A stretch of 64,000 nucleotides of DNA from Fimbriosthenelais zetlandica (taxonomy: Eukaryota), in assembly GCA_977030845.1 (NCBI GenBank), contig OZ365110.1, positions 40,300,001 through 40,364,000 of the forward strand, in the 5' to 3' direction. The notes beneath the pieces were generated by a model that did not search any database, was not told the DNA's origin, and saw only the letters and a list, made by a program, of their open reading frames with translations. Positions 1 to 14,371 of this stretch are shown in pieces; the stretch's first letter is position 1; each line of letters opens with the position of its first letter. The position numbers and the translations under genes are program-made.

Positions 1-845
1 GGATAAGGTGGGGGTAGAGAAAGTGCGTGTTAAGGGGACCATGTGTGTGTGGGGTGTGGGTGTGTGTGTGAGGGGGGAAGTAGACCATACCATTAGGCCA
101 GGTGGAAGGGAACACCTGGATCCCAGCACATCTCACCCCGAACGACATGCACACCTTTACCGTAAAGCCGCGGCTACCGTAAATCCCCATATTGATACCC
201 CTTTACCATTAAAATAGCTAACAACATGTCAGACAATATTCTTGCTGTCAGTGCATCTCACTATGTTTCAAGACCAACTACCAGTTGGAATGATTTTAAA
301 TCATAAACATCCAAGAAATTTCAGTCGCTCTTTCAGTAGGCAATTCCAGGGTGAAATGACCCAATGACATTACAGCCATCTTTTATGAATGTCAATAATT
401 TTAAAGCATAAATATCAACTTCAATTTCACTAGTCTCTTGATGTGTGGCATGTCAAATCAAACTTTGATATGATTCAATGTCGCTGTGGCACAAGGGGGG
501 TCCATGTGGGAGTGAAACCTGTAGGAGAGGATAATATTGATATGTATGGAGGGTTGATACAGTAAGCACATTGAAGCTGTTAAGCCATCAGGACCAATAC
601 TGAAGGCTACAAAGAGAGAGATGGAGCAAACAGCATTGAACTTTAAATCACGTTTAGAAGGCTTATCTCCCACTATCAGACCTCACGCCATTCTACAGCC
701 AAAAGTAAAACCAGTTATAACAATTTCAACTTGGTGGTCTCAACCCAAAACAGCTGTAAACATTTTAAATTTAAATTAAATCACAGGGAGTTTTATTAAA
801 TGTAAATTAGCCCTTGACGAATACCAAAGCAATTGAGTGAATAGC

Positions 846-960
846 TGTTTAATGTCCAGTCAGTCGTCTTGGCGATTTCAAGAAGGAAACACGCTGTATG
901 CTCATAATCATCTGCTCTTCTCGAACGGAAGCAATGGTTCTCTTACATGCCTCTCACCCA
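846..960 (-). mobile_element. Decayed SINE copy (Nin/Deu-domain-like family), copy A
   Basis: Shares GTTTAAyGTCCAGTCAG, GGAAACA and TCTGCTCTTCTC..AGCAATGGTTCT..CATGyCTCTCAC with the copies at 29.1 and 30.1 kb. The family assignment comes from my recollection of the Nin-domain consensus, not from a search. Confidence 0.6.
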
Positions 961-3172
961 AAAACAATTGATCTGGCACCAAATTTAATTATGTTCAAAG
1001 AAAAAGCTCGTCCTTGAAAATCTGGGTTCGTGTGTGGTTCAAGATTTGAAAAATCAGATAGCTTTAATGATCGTGTGGTTCGACTATGTATTAAGATAAC
1101 AAGAAATGAATAGTGGAAGAGAATATAATGATACAATGATAGCATAAAGTGGGATCAGAGACCTGGTTAACATAGAAAAGTGGACACGAGTTGGCACTGA
1201 CCTGGCCAGCGTTTTTCCTGGCAGAAAACCAGGTGTAAGGAAGGCCTTTAATAACAGAGGCATCACTGGGTGACTAAGAAACCCTTTTTACATACCACTG
1301 ATCTGCAGACAAAGCCAGCAATGAAATTAGGAAGGTGTGAAAGTATTTATATTTTAGCCTATTAGAGGTAGAGGGGTTTACACCCACTTAACCCAGAGAA
1401 ACTGGAGAGAGGAGTCAAAGGCAGAGCAAGAATGGCTGGCTGAGTCAAGTATGTAGAGAATATCTCAAATATTGCTGCAGAATCAATGCTTACACGAGGT
1501 GTTTATTCTGTAAATAATGTCTCTTTGACCCCCTGGATGGGTCATTCTAGAACCTCTTAAAGGTCGAGACAAATATTCTGAAAGGTTTCAGTGACTATTC
1601 CAGAAACGATTATTATTACTTTAAAAAAGACCTACTTGAATGATATCTTTCATATGCAGAGGCCTATTATATTCAGACTTATTTTCAGGCTGCATTTTCT
1701 GGTATATGAATGACGGAGGATAATTGAGACAGTTTTTAAAGTTCAAAAAAATGGATACAGGAGAGTAATGGCCGTTTCAGTTGATTAAGTGGGGGCTTAC
1801 GAGGCCATTTTTTCTTAGAGATGACTGTGATTCAGAAACAATACCAAAGCTACGATTTCAACAAAGCTAAGTTAGAGCGCAATTCTAACTTTCCTGGAGT
1901 GAAATATGTTAAGATTTTAAATGTTATTTCACTTAGAGTGATACATTCAAGGCGATTTAAAGGTATTACAGGTACGAGTCTTTAACCTCACCTGAGATTT
2001 AATCCCAGTCGTTTTCCCACTCCCCAGAGGTAAAACTCAAAGAGGCAGAAACATTCAAACAATAATGTCAGTCATTAATTTAATTTTAACGCCTGCAATC
2101 CCTCCACCCTGGTTTTCAATGCCTCCGTTATGTGAGTAGTGGAGTGGATAATTCCATGAGTCATGTTTTTAGACTCGACTTCACTCCAGATTTCCCTTTT
2201 TCCAGCATTAGCTGAGGAAGCAATGGAGCGATGGATGTCAATATTCAGAAATGCAGGGCGTGTTGCTGTTATCTTGCATCTTGGTCTCATGCTAATTGGC
2301 ACGGCTGGGTGTGATATCAAAAGAAATGGCGGTACGGGGTTAGGCGAAAGTTGGTGGGATGGGAAAGCAGGAATAGCGTTTCAGCGCGTGATGGCAAACC
2401 ACAGATATAGTAGGACATGGACAAGTAAAAGGCAAAACAGGGTTGGGAAAGGATCGGGTTCAGCAAGACAGAAAAATTAGGGGTAGGGGGGGGGGATTAG
2501 GTCAGGTCCGGACAAAAAACTGGAGAGTTCAGTGGCCTGGGATAACGTATGACACATGTCAGTGGGAATGTGAGGGGCTGTCAAGGCGGGCAGTCTGAGA
2601 GGAGGATTGGAAACTAATTGTCATTGTAATACCCTCCATTAACTTCTATTCTTTTCGGAGGCTGAGACTTGAACCAGTGCCAAGGAGAGATGAGGGCTGG
2701 ATAACAGCGGGGGAAGCTGGGCGTGCAGGACAGGGCTGCCTGAGGCTGAAGGCATACTGAAACTTACAAGGGAAAGGGGGAGAGGCAGAGTTACTGATAC
2801 ATGTATACTGGGGACATAAAGCTTCCTAATCACTCTATACACAGAAGTGTGAATTCTGTCCAACAACCATTTCAAACATCAGATTTTGCGGGATTTTTAA
2901 ATGAAAATGCAACATGTTACGTTCCTTTTCCATTTAACAAAAACTTCTACAAAAGTACTCATCTCTTGGCTAAAGACTCCACTCCATTTAACAAAGGCAA
3001 AAAGTCTAAAAGACACCACTTAAATATATGATTGACTACTGAGGCTCGGGCTATATTACGACCAAGGATAGGTCTCTAATTTCTATGTCGATCAATTAAA
3101 GTTTAACTATAATTACATAACTGAGTTAGATATGACAAAGCATGAGAAGACATCATATATGAAGGTACATAC

Positions 3173-3232
3173 CTTTTGTGTCTCCGGAATCAGGGTACTC
3201 AGTACTTAAGTAATTTGAACCAGCCCCCGGAA
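3173..3232 (-). CDS. NFI: Probable NFI exon following the DBD, 60 nt, phase 1 to phase 1, (V)PGAGSNYLSTEYPDSGDTK
   Basis: Strong acceptor ctctctacctttgtcttgcag|TT and strong donor AAAAG|gtatgt. It is open in the frame left by the phase-1 DBD donor. Vertebrate NFI genes also have a short phase-1/1 exon after the DBD. There is no sequence homology to confirm it. Confidence 0.72.
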
Positions 3233-6200
3233 CTGCAAGACAAAGGTAGAGAGCTGCCTCCACTACGTGTCTTGATATAAAAATGTCGAATAATAATATC
3301 ATAATCTCTACTTTAGTCTAATTTATAAACTTGAAATATGATCATAATTGATACCTCTCCACACAACACAACAATCATGGCTAATGCAGTAGAATCTATT
3401 TTTGTATTTAAAAGTTAAAGTATACATGGACTTGTCGAAGGGAAGAACATAACCGGTAAGACACCTAGCAAGGATTTATTACTCTGGTTCCGACCATTGT
3501 ATGAGTATTGTCTTTTCAACCTGCGGCTAACAGACATAAGTTTTTAGTCAGAAAGACCCCAGGAAAAATACTTCAACTTAAAAAACTTCCAACTGTCTCC
3601 TATTCTGTTTTTTTTTAAATCGGTGTCATTCTATAGAGATCAGGGATATGCTTCCTTGGCAGAAAGGATGCTTTTCATATAATTATTATGCAAGCAATGT
3701 TCTTGTAGTCATTTCCTCATTTGTGACATACGTAGATATACTGCAATTTACCATATTTAATAAGCATTATTATATATTTTGGCAGATACTGATCTGGGAT
3801 AAGTGACCCTGTATGTAGGCCACATATTGGTAGTATCCATTTAATATACGACCTTTAATACATTATAGCACCTGCCCACGTGGAAGATCAGAAAAGTGTA
3901 CATATAGATGTATTTAGCATCCATGCATTAGCCAAGGCCGTGGCGGGCGCAAGTACTGGAGCAGGTGGGCCTTAGTGGAAATTACCAAGGTATTCAGCTT
4001 CATAATGTATTTCTAATTGGTAATAGGCCCTGAAATATCTCTTTTCAATTACGGGTAGTTGAGGTGGGGTGGAGTGGATGGGGGTGAGGGGGTAATGTGG
4101 GGCTGGGGGTAGGTAGTCTGAGGAGAGACCGTGATTGGAGTGTGTAGGGATGTGTGTACGGTTGGCCGTCACGGTTGGATGGTCGTATAACGGAACATTG
4201 GGACATGTAGAGAGGTTGGTCGCTATACCGATTATCATAGAGTAAGTAGAGAGGAGGAGGGGAAGACTGGCGGGAGAGGTGGGTATAGACAGAACAAGTT
4301 TACAGACAGGTGCAAAGTAATAGAGCCTATAGGTGCGAGATAACATCGTCCCATGTAAAGACACCGCTTTTGTTTCTGCTTCAAGGAGTCCCGAATGCTT
4401 AGATTACAGTATATGGCATGCTCGGCTAGGCATTGCCAGGGTCGGGAATATAGCGCTTAAAATCGCCACTTTCAATTCCCTCCTCTCTCCCCTATAATCA
4501 TCCACCAGTTTTTGTTATATCTTTCAATGTAAGAATAGGGGATGGTGGTGGGTAAAGATCTAATCATTTCTATCAAAGTGGAAACCTCTAAGAAAGTTTG
4601 TGTTCAATGGGAATTGTTTGATTTGACGGTTTGATTTGGAACCATTAGGAACACAGCAGGATTGCATGACACCAGAAATCAATTTAATCAAAGTAACTTT
4701 CAGTCCTATTCATATAAGGACCTCCCTACTAAAAATGTGGCAAGATTTCAGGAAAATTTATTAAATATTTCAGAAATCTATACTTTAGATCTATTTACTT
4801 ATAATGTTCTCCCCATGGAACAGTTTATGATTTTATTTTCTAGTTTTTCGCCTTCTGAGAATCGTGTCTTGAGAGGATGACATCATAACCATCCGTATTC
4901 CTGACGTGTCAACACTATAATTTATTACAAATTCTCGAGAAAAGATGTTATTAACTTTTTTCCACTCCACATATTGTACCCTTAGAATCTTATAACATGT
5001 ATTATGCAGGGAGGGTAATGTCAATGGTCAAGACCAATCAGTTTTCTCTTGTAAACAAGTAAAGTGCTATAAATTGCGTCAATAGCGTGTCTGGGAGTTG
5101 GATCATACTATTTTATGTCATCCCAGGTTGATATGTGTGCTTATTATCGCCTCCTCGTGATTCTCTGAAAACATTTCCTTACAAACATTTCACGCGTTTC
5201 CAATTTGTCAGAATGTCAATGCCAAATGAGAGCTCGCGTCTGGAGATACTATTAAAGAAACTTTCTCAGACGTTGAGTTTGAGAGAGCAAAAAGCATCCA
5301 CCTATACGAGTCTTAAACTCGAATCATTCCAGTTCAAACTTTGGTGCACTATGAAATTTTCAAAGCAAAGGTACATATGTATATATATGCTGAACGACTA
5401 TATATAAAACATGAGTAAATATCTATATACTAGATTGGTTAGAGGATGAAAATGTTCTAAGTTAGACATGTATAAGTACACTCATTGACACGGCCCCGTC
5501 TAATTGTAGGGAATTTTCCACCCGCTGCCCATGAATTGCAAGACTCTAGAAATATGCAGTGATAAACTTTCCCCTCAGCTCCCACTGCCCATCCTAGCAT
5601 GCCAGTATTCAGTCAGTTCCAGAGATAGAGTCAGCACAGAGCTCACATGTTTCGACAATGCTAACTCTGCCTCAATGTTCTCTGCCCCTCTTTCTTTTTC
5701 TCTCTTTCTACTCGGGGGGTTGTATATATATGAGAAGGAAGGGTCGATGGCCTTAGTTTTGGTGCACCTTCTCCGGCTAGACAGAAAAAAATATTCCCCT
5801 CAGTTTCTCCAATTCTTGATGGACCAAGCGAGAATGGCCAGGCCAGTCTGTGACCAAGACTGCCAAATATTGATAACATTATCACTAATATCAACACCAA
5901 TATGAATAGAAACTTTGTATTTATACATGCACAGATGCAGTCACAAATACATTATTAGCCGACATATATAAGCTATCTTTCATACAAACTGACCCAAAAA
6001 GGCGCTATCCAATTTAAATCAATTTAAAAAGCTTATGTTCGCTTAACTCAGGTATTCATTCTTATTCATGCCATTTCATAAACTCACAACAAACATTGCC
6101 TTTCATAATATTTATGAACCTTTTTTTTTTTAATAAACTTCCCCGTGAAACTACCTCACTATTTTGTTTTGTACCATGCACACTCATAGCACAGCAAGTG

Positions 6201-6420
6201 TTACGCATTTGAGGTGAGTAGAGTAAAACAGCGACCATATCCGGGGCTTGTTAAGTTGCTTTGCCAAGCGGTAAATGACAGTGAGGGGGTGGGGGCGTGG
6301 AGGACTGGAGGGGTGGAAGCGACAAATGGGCGATATACACATACACACACACCAAGATACACATCTGGCCGTTTCTTTTCTGTCCTGATTAGCACAAGAA
6401 GTCTTCAATTTACTTAGACA

Positions 6421-6565
6421 GGTAGAGAGATAGTGTGAGTGAGGGAGAGGGAGAGAGTGTGAGTGAGGGAGAGGGAGAGAGAGGGACAGGGAGAAAGGGA
6501 GAGGTGGAGAAGGGAGAGAGAGGGGAGAAAGGGAGAGAGAGAGAGGAGAGAGAGTGAAAAGAAGA
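6421..6565. repeat. GA-rich purine tract
   Basis: Nearly pure A/G on the plus strand, with an internal direct repeat AGTGTGAGTGAGGGAGAGGGAGAGAG. Confidence 0.9.
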
Positions 6566-9500
6566 CTATGGGGGGAGGGAAGACCCAGAAGCGACCAATT
6601 TACATTGCCCCAGATGTCATATTTTTATCCAGATAAAGTACGTTACAATTAATATTTAGTATGTGGGCCAAATTGACTCTGGTTCCCACCTAAATAGAGC
6701 ATAGCATTGTTTCAACTGATCCAACCTAGTATTCCAAGGCCATAAGATAGTCAGTATAGCGTACAAGCTACTTTTTTCTTTCCCTATGTATTGAATCTAT
6801 TTATTTCCTAAAGTTTCACTGTTGTGATCCCAGCCTTTCTCAAAGTGACAGAGAAAGGGGAAATATTCAATCATACATCTTGGTGAATGCTGGAACACCG
6901 GAACGAGGACGTGTCCAGGTGAGAGAGATACACGTCTGATAGTGTCAGCCCCCTACTCACCTGTCTACCCGGGGAATCACTCATATACCTACACACCATA
7001 TACCTTTAACAGATCCCACGGCAAGGGAGCGTATCTCACTGGCATGGGATTAAAGACAGTGCACCACTGCATGGTGAGAATTGTCCTGGGACACAAGTGC
7101 GACCTTCGAGTTACAGGGAAAAATGCTCTATAGTTGAGGAAGCCTTATGCTTTCGACACTTTTCAGCACAATTTGTAACTTTTACTTCTAGGTAATAGTA
7201 CAGGATTGTCATCATTCCCCCGACCCCCTCCCAAGACCTGGGCGAGGTGGTGATTATCGAAATTCCAAGTTGATTTTCTGGCCCTGTTTCATTAGTGAAC
7301 CGTGGTCGCTATTTAAACTCATACACATGTGTCAATGGATTTCCCTGATTTATCGTTTGAACATCCTAGTCATTTTTCTTTGAATTCCCTTAGTTTCCCT
7401 GATGGCTGGGAACCCTGTAAAATTAAATTGCAAACAAATATTGTGCGTTCGCCACTATAGCGTGTCGCACCACTGGGGGATGGGTCTTAAAGCCCTTCGC
7501 CCTATACTGAGTGATAGGCCTGAATGTGTGGGCACTTACCACCTTTATCATAGAGGTGTATTAACCCCACATTACACAGGTGAGACCGGTAGACAGTGGA
7601 GGTATTGTATGAGGAGACATAGCGGTATTCACGGGCACTACCTTAAGGAGGCTGGTGTATGTATACTGACGCTAATAAAGCCCAACAACCATGCAATCTC
7701 CATACACTGCCACACGACCACCTCCACTTTCTACTCCCCCTCTCTCTGAATACAATACAAAGCCCTCACGTCTATAAGGGATGTATATATTATAAAAGGG
7801 ATCACGCCAGGAGAGATTGACTCTATACACTTCATACCTGATGATCTTTCCACACGATTAAGCCCTTAAGTGTCTCACAATCGTGGGCCCCTCAAAAGCC
7901 CCCCATCACCCCCCCCCCCCCCCATACCCTCCACCCCAGCAGCTGCTATAGAGGTATCAAAAAGCTGAAGAGACAGACAAGAGTTTATCAACTCAATCAG
8001 GGACCTTCGCTAATTGAGGCTATTTTTCAGGACCTTGTGTCATGGGCTTGCATGTAAGAGTGACAGGCAAAAACATTTTAAAAATTAATTGGTACAAAAA
8101 GTTCAAATCTAAGTTACAAACAGGAGTAAATGCTAAACAGAAAAAAAGTTCAATTTAAACGAAGGGAGATTTTTCAAGGGCAAGCACATTGAAAATGTCT
8201 TAATTAAAATAACCCTTTAAAACAATTTAAACGTTTCCTCAATACTGGATAACTATCTTAGGATTAGTTTCAATTCTTTTCGCCAGATAAGAAAGGGGAT
8301 TCATGTAAAGAGACTGCTGTGGGGGCAGTTGTCATGCAATACTCCCGCTAGGGGTTCTGTCTCCCTATCAGCCGAATCTGACACTTACTTCATTGGCCCC
8401 ACCTTTGCGACTCTTTGGCTCGGGGCTCATAACTTGTATTTTTCCGCTAGTTTTTTCCTATGAAGTGGTGTAAAGGGAGAGCTAGTAATCTGGGGGTATA
8501 AATATACTATGAGAGCTTGGATCAGGGTATAATTGCTGACTCTCTTAGTAAGACCAGATGGGGCTGGGGTAAGGGTGCCAAGAGATCCAGGGTGGGAGGG
8601 CTGAACATATATTATACTTAAACCAGTATATTATGCAAAACCATGGTTAAACCGCGGTCATTAACTGCATTATTATCTACTTTACTAACCGCTCCGGCTG
8701 CTTATCTGATACAATGTAAATTATTCATACCCTCAGCCAAAGTTTAGATTTATCAATATGCAGACACCTGGCTCCTTCAAATGAATATCTTCTTCTATCT
8801 CATTTGACCAATTGTTTTTAAATTCATAAACTTTTCTACTGTTTGAAAGAGTTTAAAAGGTTTGAACCCTTTATTATGTCCAAAATGTAATCTATTTCAG
8901 CTGCAATTAAGGTTTACATAATGCATTAAATGAAGAAATTCTTTGCTTCATTGGCCAGATTGATTTTCATTTCTAAAGGTATTTCTATATCGGCTGAAGT
9001 ATTTCCAATTCCAACAATCTATAGATCATGATATCTTTGGCCTGTACCAATCCATTTCCACAGTAATTTCGTAAGGTTTCATAAATACACTATAGTAACC
9101 ATACAAAGAGTTGGATGGGATAGACCTCAAGTAAAAGACTCCGTGAGTGATCTTTTAAGCATTGATCCATACATATCTACATATACATGTCAACTTATGA
9201 TGGGTTTTAGATTGGTCTCATATACTAAGGTATGCTACGAGGCACTGGGCGATGTGAAAAGTGCAGGAAGTGTGACATAAACCGTCTATCTTCCTGATTC
9301 TCCGCTATGCCATATCCACCCCATCTCTTGAAACCACGGAGATATGATTTCTTATAAAACACTGAGGCCACTCATTATAGTGTGGGAAAACATGGGGCTC
9401 AGATGTCAGTAAATCAGGAGTTATTGTGACAGGCGGAGACGAGCACATTAAATACTGTCATAATAAGGATGTGAAGGAGGTGGGATCTTTCTTTTTGTGT

Positions 9501-11591
9501 TCAGCAGGAGGTGAAACGAGTCTCTGTTTCATACATACAATGGTTAGAGACAAGAATACAAAGACAACCTGAAGGCTGGGGGTGGGTGGGCGAGAGGAAC
9601 TGAAGTAGCCAAACTGTATGCATACAAAACATCATTTAAACATAACATCTGCCCTTTATACCAAATCATTATTATATAATATAAATGTTATCCGCTTCTG
9701 ACATTGCAATATTTATCGACGGGCAATCCATAATTTCTAAAGATAGGTTCTGCGAATACGTTTTTGTTTAAGATTCGGTTTGAAAAATACCTTAAGTAAA
9801 ATGATGTTTGAAACAATGCCCATTTTTCATGGGTGACATAATACAGTGTATAGAGCCTACTTCTGACCCCTGTAGGGGGAGAATCATCTGTTTTCTTCAT
9901 CTCTGACAGATCTAAGTACACAAGTCCCTCTCCTCCTGCCCCTGCATACATTAACCTCATTTTACATTGAATATTTACCTCATTATTCTCACATTTTCCC
10001 TAATAATCCTCCTCCAGACGCATTGACCCTTGTTAGTGATGTCTGGGTTGGGGGTAGGTGGGTTGGGACGGGGGGTGGGGGAGGTAGAAGGGTGACCCTT
10101 TAGTTGAGCATTATCGACCATGGTAGTTGGGATCCTGGTGACCTCTGACCTGGCCAGGTGAGATAGCCTGGGGCTATGGATCCAGCATACCTGGGCAGCG
10201 AGTCATGGTATGGCTCAGGGCTATGGTGGGCACAGTCCTCCCCGAGCACTATACAGGCATGGTACGGAGCCGGCAGAATAATTAAGTGAGGCGGCCAGAG
10301 GCGGGAGATTATCCCACATGCTGAAACAATGAGTCCCTTCTCTAATGAAACAGCACTGCAAAAACCAACTTTAAGAAGGAAAACAATCTTTATAAAGACA
10401 CTTTTTCTATATTTTCCCTCCAATGATCCCTTCTGAATTCCCTTACCTTCAGTGATATGTATATTTAAAAATTCTACTTTTTCCCGAATGATCATTCCGA
10501 ACTCCTTTGTCATTTTTTTTTCAAATTGCAAGTAATTGCAAGTAAAATGAATAAATGATGCAATCTTGAGATCGGAGCACTCATGGGACAGGAAAGACTT
10601 TGGCATTGGGAACTTTAATCAAAGAGAGCAACCAGTAAATGGCGGAACTTCTGTTTGATTTAATTGTGAGATATCTCCTGACATCTCTAACACTCCTTCA
10701 TTTATTTCCTTCCAGATATTTCAACGCAACAAGTTAATAAAATGACTATCATCCCATCAGCAATTTCCGTAATTTCAGCCTTCCACCTGCCGAGTTGTCC
10801 CAATCTTTTCTTCAATCTATTAATTTGATTAGGAAAGTATTTAGTATTTTAACAATCTCCTTATTTTAATAAGAGACAAAGAGAATTAGAATCTCGGTCT
10901 CTGGTAAGCCTACGTGGAATGATTCCATAATTAAGTACGACAATAAACAACATAGACAAGTCATAAAGGTGGCCGTGTTGCCAAGTTTTTTTTACACTAG
11001 AAACTGTCATGATGTGTCGCAGCAAAGAGCGAAGTGGATAAGGGAGCGTTTACCAATGTTGCGTAAACTTATTGAAATTTAGCCAAAATATAAACATTTT
11101 TAATCATGCATAATCTACTGACTCGGTAGTCCAATTTTTCCTATCCAAAAATCAGTGTTGTATTATAATATTATATCGTGAACCACGTAGAATATAGTAG
11201 GTTACAAATTAGATAAATCAGAGTAATTAAAATAAGTGTGAACTTTTTCCACTCAGAGCCGTGAACATCTTTTCAGTCAGACCTTAAATGTGGGTCGACA
11301 TTTGCCATAATGATATTTAATAGCAGGGCTTTGAGATTTAATATAAATTTGGTATTTCACGCTATGTGCAGCAGAGCAGTCAGCTACATGGTCACAATAT
11401 GCATCCTCCTACCACTCTAATAAGACGTTAGTGTTAAAATACCAAAACTTACATACTCCCCATCTATATGTAGATTATACTACTCTCAAAAGTTAGGTAT
11501 ATTATTAGTAACATTATGAATTTATTATGTACAAATGTCAAAATGTACAAATTAGAAATGTCTCCATTTCTAGTGGACATGTTTGCTGGAA

Positions 11592-11860
11592 TAGTCTACT
11601 CATATACCTCTCTAATTGCTCGAGTAGTCTACTCATTTGCGTCTCTAATTGCTCGAGTAGTCTACTCATTTGTGTCTCTAATTGCTCGAGTAGTCTACTC
11701 ATTTGCGTCTCTAATTGCTAGAGTAGTCTGCTCATTTCCCTATCTAATTGCTGGAGTAATGTCAATTGCCTTTCTAATTCGTAGAGTAGTCTACTCATTC
11801 GCCTCTCTAACTGCTAGAGTAGTCTACTCATTTGCATCTCTTATTGCTGCTAGAGTAGTC
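11592..11860. repeat. 33-bp minisatellite, about 8 copies (TAGTCTACTCATTTGCGTCTCTAATTGCTCGAG)
   Basis: Direct tandem copies, most alike in the first half and more diverged distally. This explains the VVYSFASLIAR repeat ORF. Confidence 0.95.
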
Positions 11861-13995
11861 ATCCCTCCGTTAGTTTATATTTGGTGAATCAGGTGGGGTA
11901 GTGTGACATCATTTCTGCATATCTCTAACTTTTAGTGAGTAGGGTACACCACTATAAGCACCCTGAGGATTTCTCACGGCTATGGGTCATTACTCTTTCC
12001 GACTTAGACCCCAAATATGCAACTTGCGGTTCACATAGTGGAGATGTGTGCGCGTATGGGTGAGATGGAGGTATGGAAAAGGCCCCTCTGTGGTTTACAT
12101 TTTCTCATGTGATACCCAGTAAGGGCATGTCCATGTGAATCATGTTATAATGGGCCATGGCAAGCGTGGATCCTTCACATAAATAGCCTTTACTTTATAC
12201 TAACACACCTCTCCTAACTTCTATTTGAAGGGAATAGAATCTAAATTGGGAAATACCGCTATATATTACAGGGGCACTGGCAAAAATAAACAGGAAAAGA
12301 AAGACAAATTGTATAATGTAGTAATCTCTGCATGGGTTGGTGCAGTAAAATGATACAGCGACAACTGGTTATCACTCAGTGGTATTGATCATGAGGCGAT
12401 CAGGCGATATTTATAATCATCTCAACAAAAATGCTAATGAGTGATGGGGTACCTCCACTGAGGTTATTGTACCTTGCAATTGTAACGATTTTGTTGTGGT
12501 TCGAGCTCGAGCTAGTGCAGTTACACTTGCGGCAGAAAATCAAGAGCAGCTAGCCCATCAAGTGAACTTTTTCCCAGTGGTGATCACTTCAATTATCGGC
12601 TTAGTGAACTCTTAACTTCAGGGAATAACGTCTAAACTTTCATGTTGTTGTAGATTCAATTTTGGGGCTTCATGAAAGTTATTTTACAACATAACTTGCA
12701 CTTCAACAAATCTCTCAGCTCTAGTTGACTGATTCAGAGATCATGAGGTGCCACCATTCCCCACTCTGAGATTAATGACCAAATGATGGCGCTGCTAAGT
12801 GTTATCATGTATACAAGTATAACACGATATTGTACCGAGGCGGCGGGTCTGGGGGTGAAGAAATTATCCTGTCTACTTGCTTGGTAAATGGGCTGATAAT
12901 TAAGGACGAGGACCAGGGCCCAGGCTTCCTCCCATGGCCTGTACTCGTCAACAAGACGAGTTAGATATGATCCAATGTCAAACACAATCTCTTTCATTTC
13001 TCTATACAAAATCCTATTTATCCTTCCCAAACCAGATTTTTTTCTTTTCCTACAGAGAGGTCGAATACAAGGCAAATGCAGAGATACCTGGTGCAAAAAG
13101 ATACCAGAGGCAGAATCCCCCTATTCCACCATCATTTTTTTATCACTCAAATACTCTTCTTTTTTTTCAAAATACTGGATCCACCCCTGCGATATTCTAT
13201 CAATGTCCACCCATCTTTGAGAATAAGTGACTGAGGTAATGTTTGTTTTAAACTCTAGCTTGGATAATTGGAGTTAGGGCCGGGTAACGAGGTTATAGTG
13301 AGAAGGTCTGAAGGTCCTGTGGTTCTGTCTATTTTCTCTACTTGTTCCATATGCCCAGCCCCACCTTCAAATGACCCCAACTGATAAAGAATTATCACAT
13401 GTATATATAATTATACATAAATATATACACACAGAGTTTAGCGAGGGTTGCATCGTTATACCATTACATAATCTGACCAAAAAAAGAACAAAGGTCGAGG
13501 CTAAGAAATGTTGCCTTGGCAGTAGGTGGATCTTTTGTTCTGCTTGGAAATAAATTTTGCAAATAAGTGCAATTATTATCTTATTGTCATTCCTGGCATT
13601 TACTTTAGCAGAAACGTGTAACTTAATTTTCCTTTCTTTCCACCTCAATTTAATCTGCCTTCCATTTGAATTGCAATAGAATTAAATGATATGACCTTGC
13701 ACTCTTGCACCTTGCATTTTAACTTTTCTATGTGTTTTCTAATATAGTTTTTTCATTGCACTTTCTGGTTAAAATTGTTAACAATACTCAATATTGAATT
13801 ATAAGGCTGGCTAACGATATACTCCATATTTGATTTGCCAACAACCTATGGGTAAACCAAATCATTTTTTTAATACAAGAAGCCCTTTCGATTCATTTCG
13901 CGACTGAAACAGAAGCAATCATCAACAGAAAAGGAGTAAAATCAGGACATATATGTAACAATTATTAAAGTGTATAAAGTGTTTCCTATACGTAC

Positions 13996-14371
13996 CATAA
14001 CTGTGAATAAAGTTGGCGAGGTAGAGGTCTAATTCTCTCACGCTCACGCTTATATGGTGAGGATTGACACATAGGTTGGGATGTAGACAGTCCAATGCCT
14101 TCTCCAGCCTCTCCCCATCTGTGCTCTCCAGGGGGATGGCTTTGAAGAGAATGACCATGACAAGATCTAGACGCCACACCTTGTCGGCCTGGCGGAGGCA
14201 GTCTATCCGCCTCATTTTCCCCTTCTGGTCCGGGTTGGAAAGGACACAGACCGGGGGCCGCTTGCCTGTGATGGACAGGACAAAGTCCTCGCGGCATTCT
14301 TGTGTTATGTCCTTGCGCAGTTTGGCCAGCAAGCGCGACGCCCACTTCTGTTTGATTTCAGGTTTTTCATT
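13996..14371 (-). CDS. NFI: Nuclear factor I, DNA-binding/dimerisation (MH1-like) domain exon, 376 nt, phase 0 to phase 1
   Basis: Translates [125 protein letters not shown], which is the NFI core with its conserved Cys residues. Acceptor tatttccag|AAT and donor TATG|gtacgt. Confidence 0.98.

Noticed and set aside
1217-1240. PYTWFSAR, resembling [11 protein letters not shown] (possible duplicated exon)
   Set aside because: Only a 12-nt match with no flanking similarity.
6955-7750. Strong minus-strand donors (CAG|GTGAGT near 6960, GTG|GTAAGT near 7539)
   Set aside because: The upstream segments contain stops in the NFI frame, and isolated donors are common in long introns.
8928-9018. Minus-strand IVGIGNTSADI, resembling the flavin monooxygenase GxGxS motif
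   Set aside because: A stop codon lies immediately upstream, the flanks do not continue the similarity, and there are no good splice sites. Probably chance.
10100-10606. 168-aa minus-strand ORF as a further NFI exon
   Set aside because: No NFI similarity, an AT-rich intron-like first half, and no convincing acceptor/donor pair.
11516-11887. ORF with an 11-aa repeat; also considered as a CRISPR array
   Set aside because: It is the in-frame read-through of a 33-bp tandem repeat. There are no unique spacers, no cas genes, and the context is eukaryotic.
13056-13235. Plus-strand acceptor (ttttcctacag) and donor (GAG|gtaatg) 180 nt apart: possible antisense exon
   Set aside because: The two ORF-track frames stop before the donor, the interior is T-rich, and nothing else supports antisense transcription.
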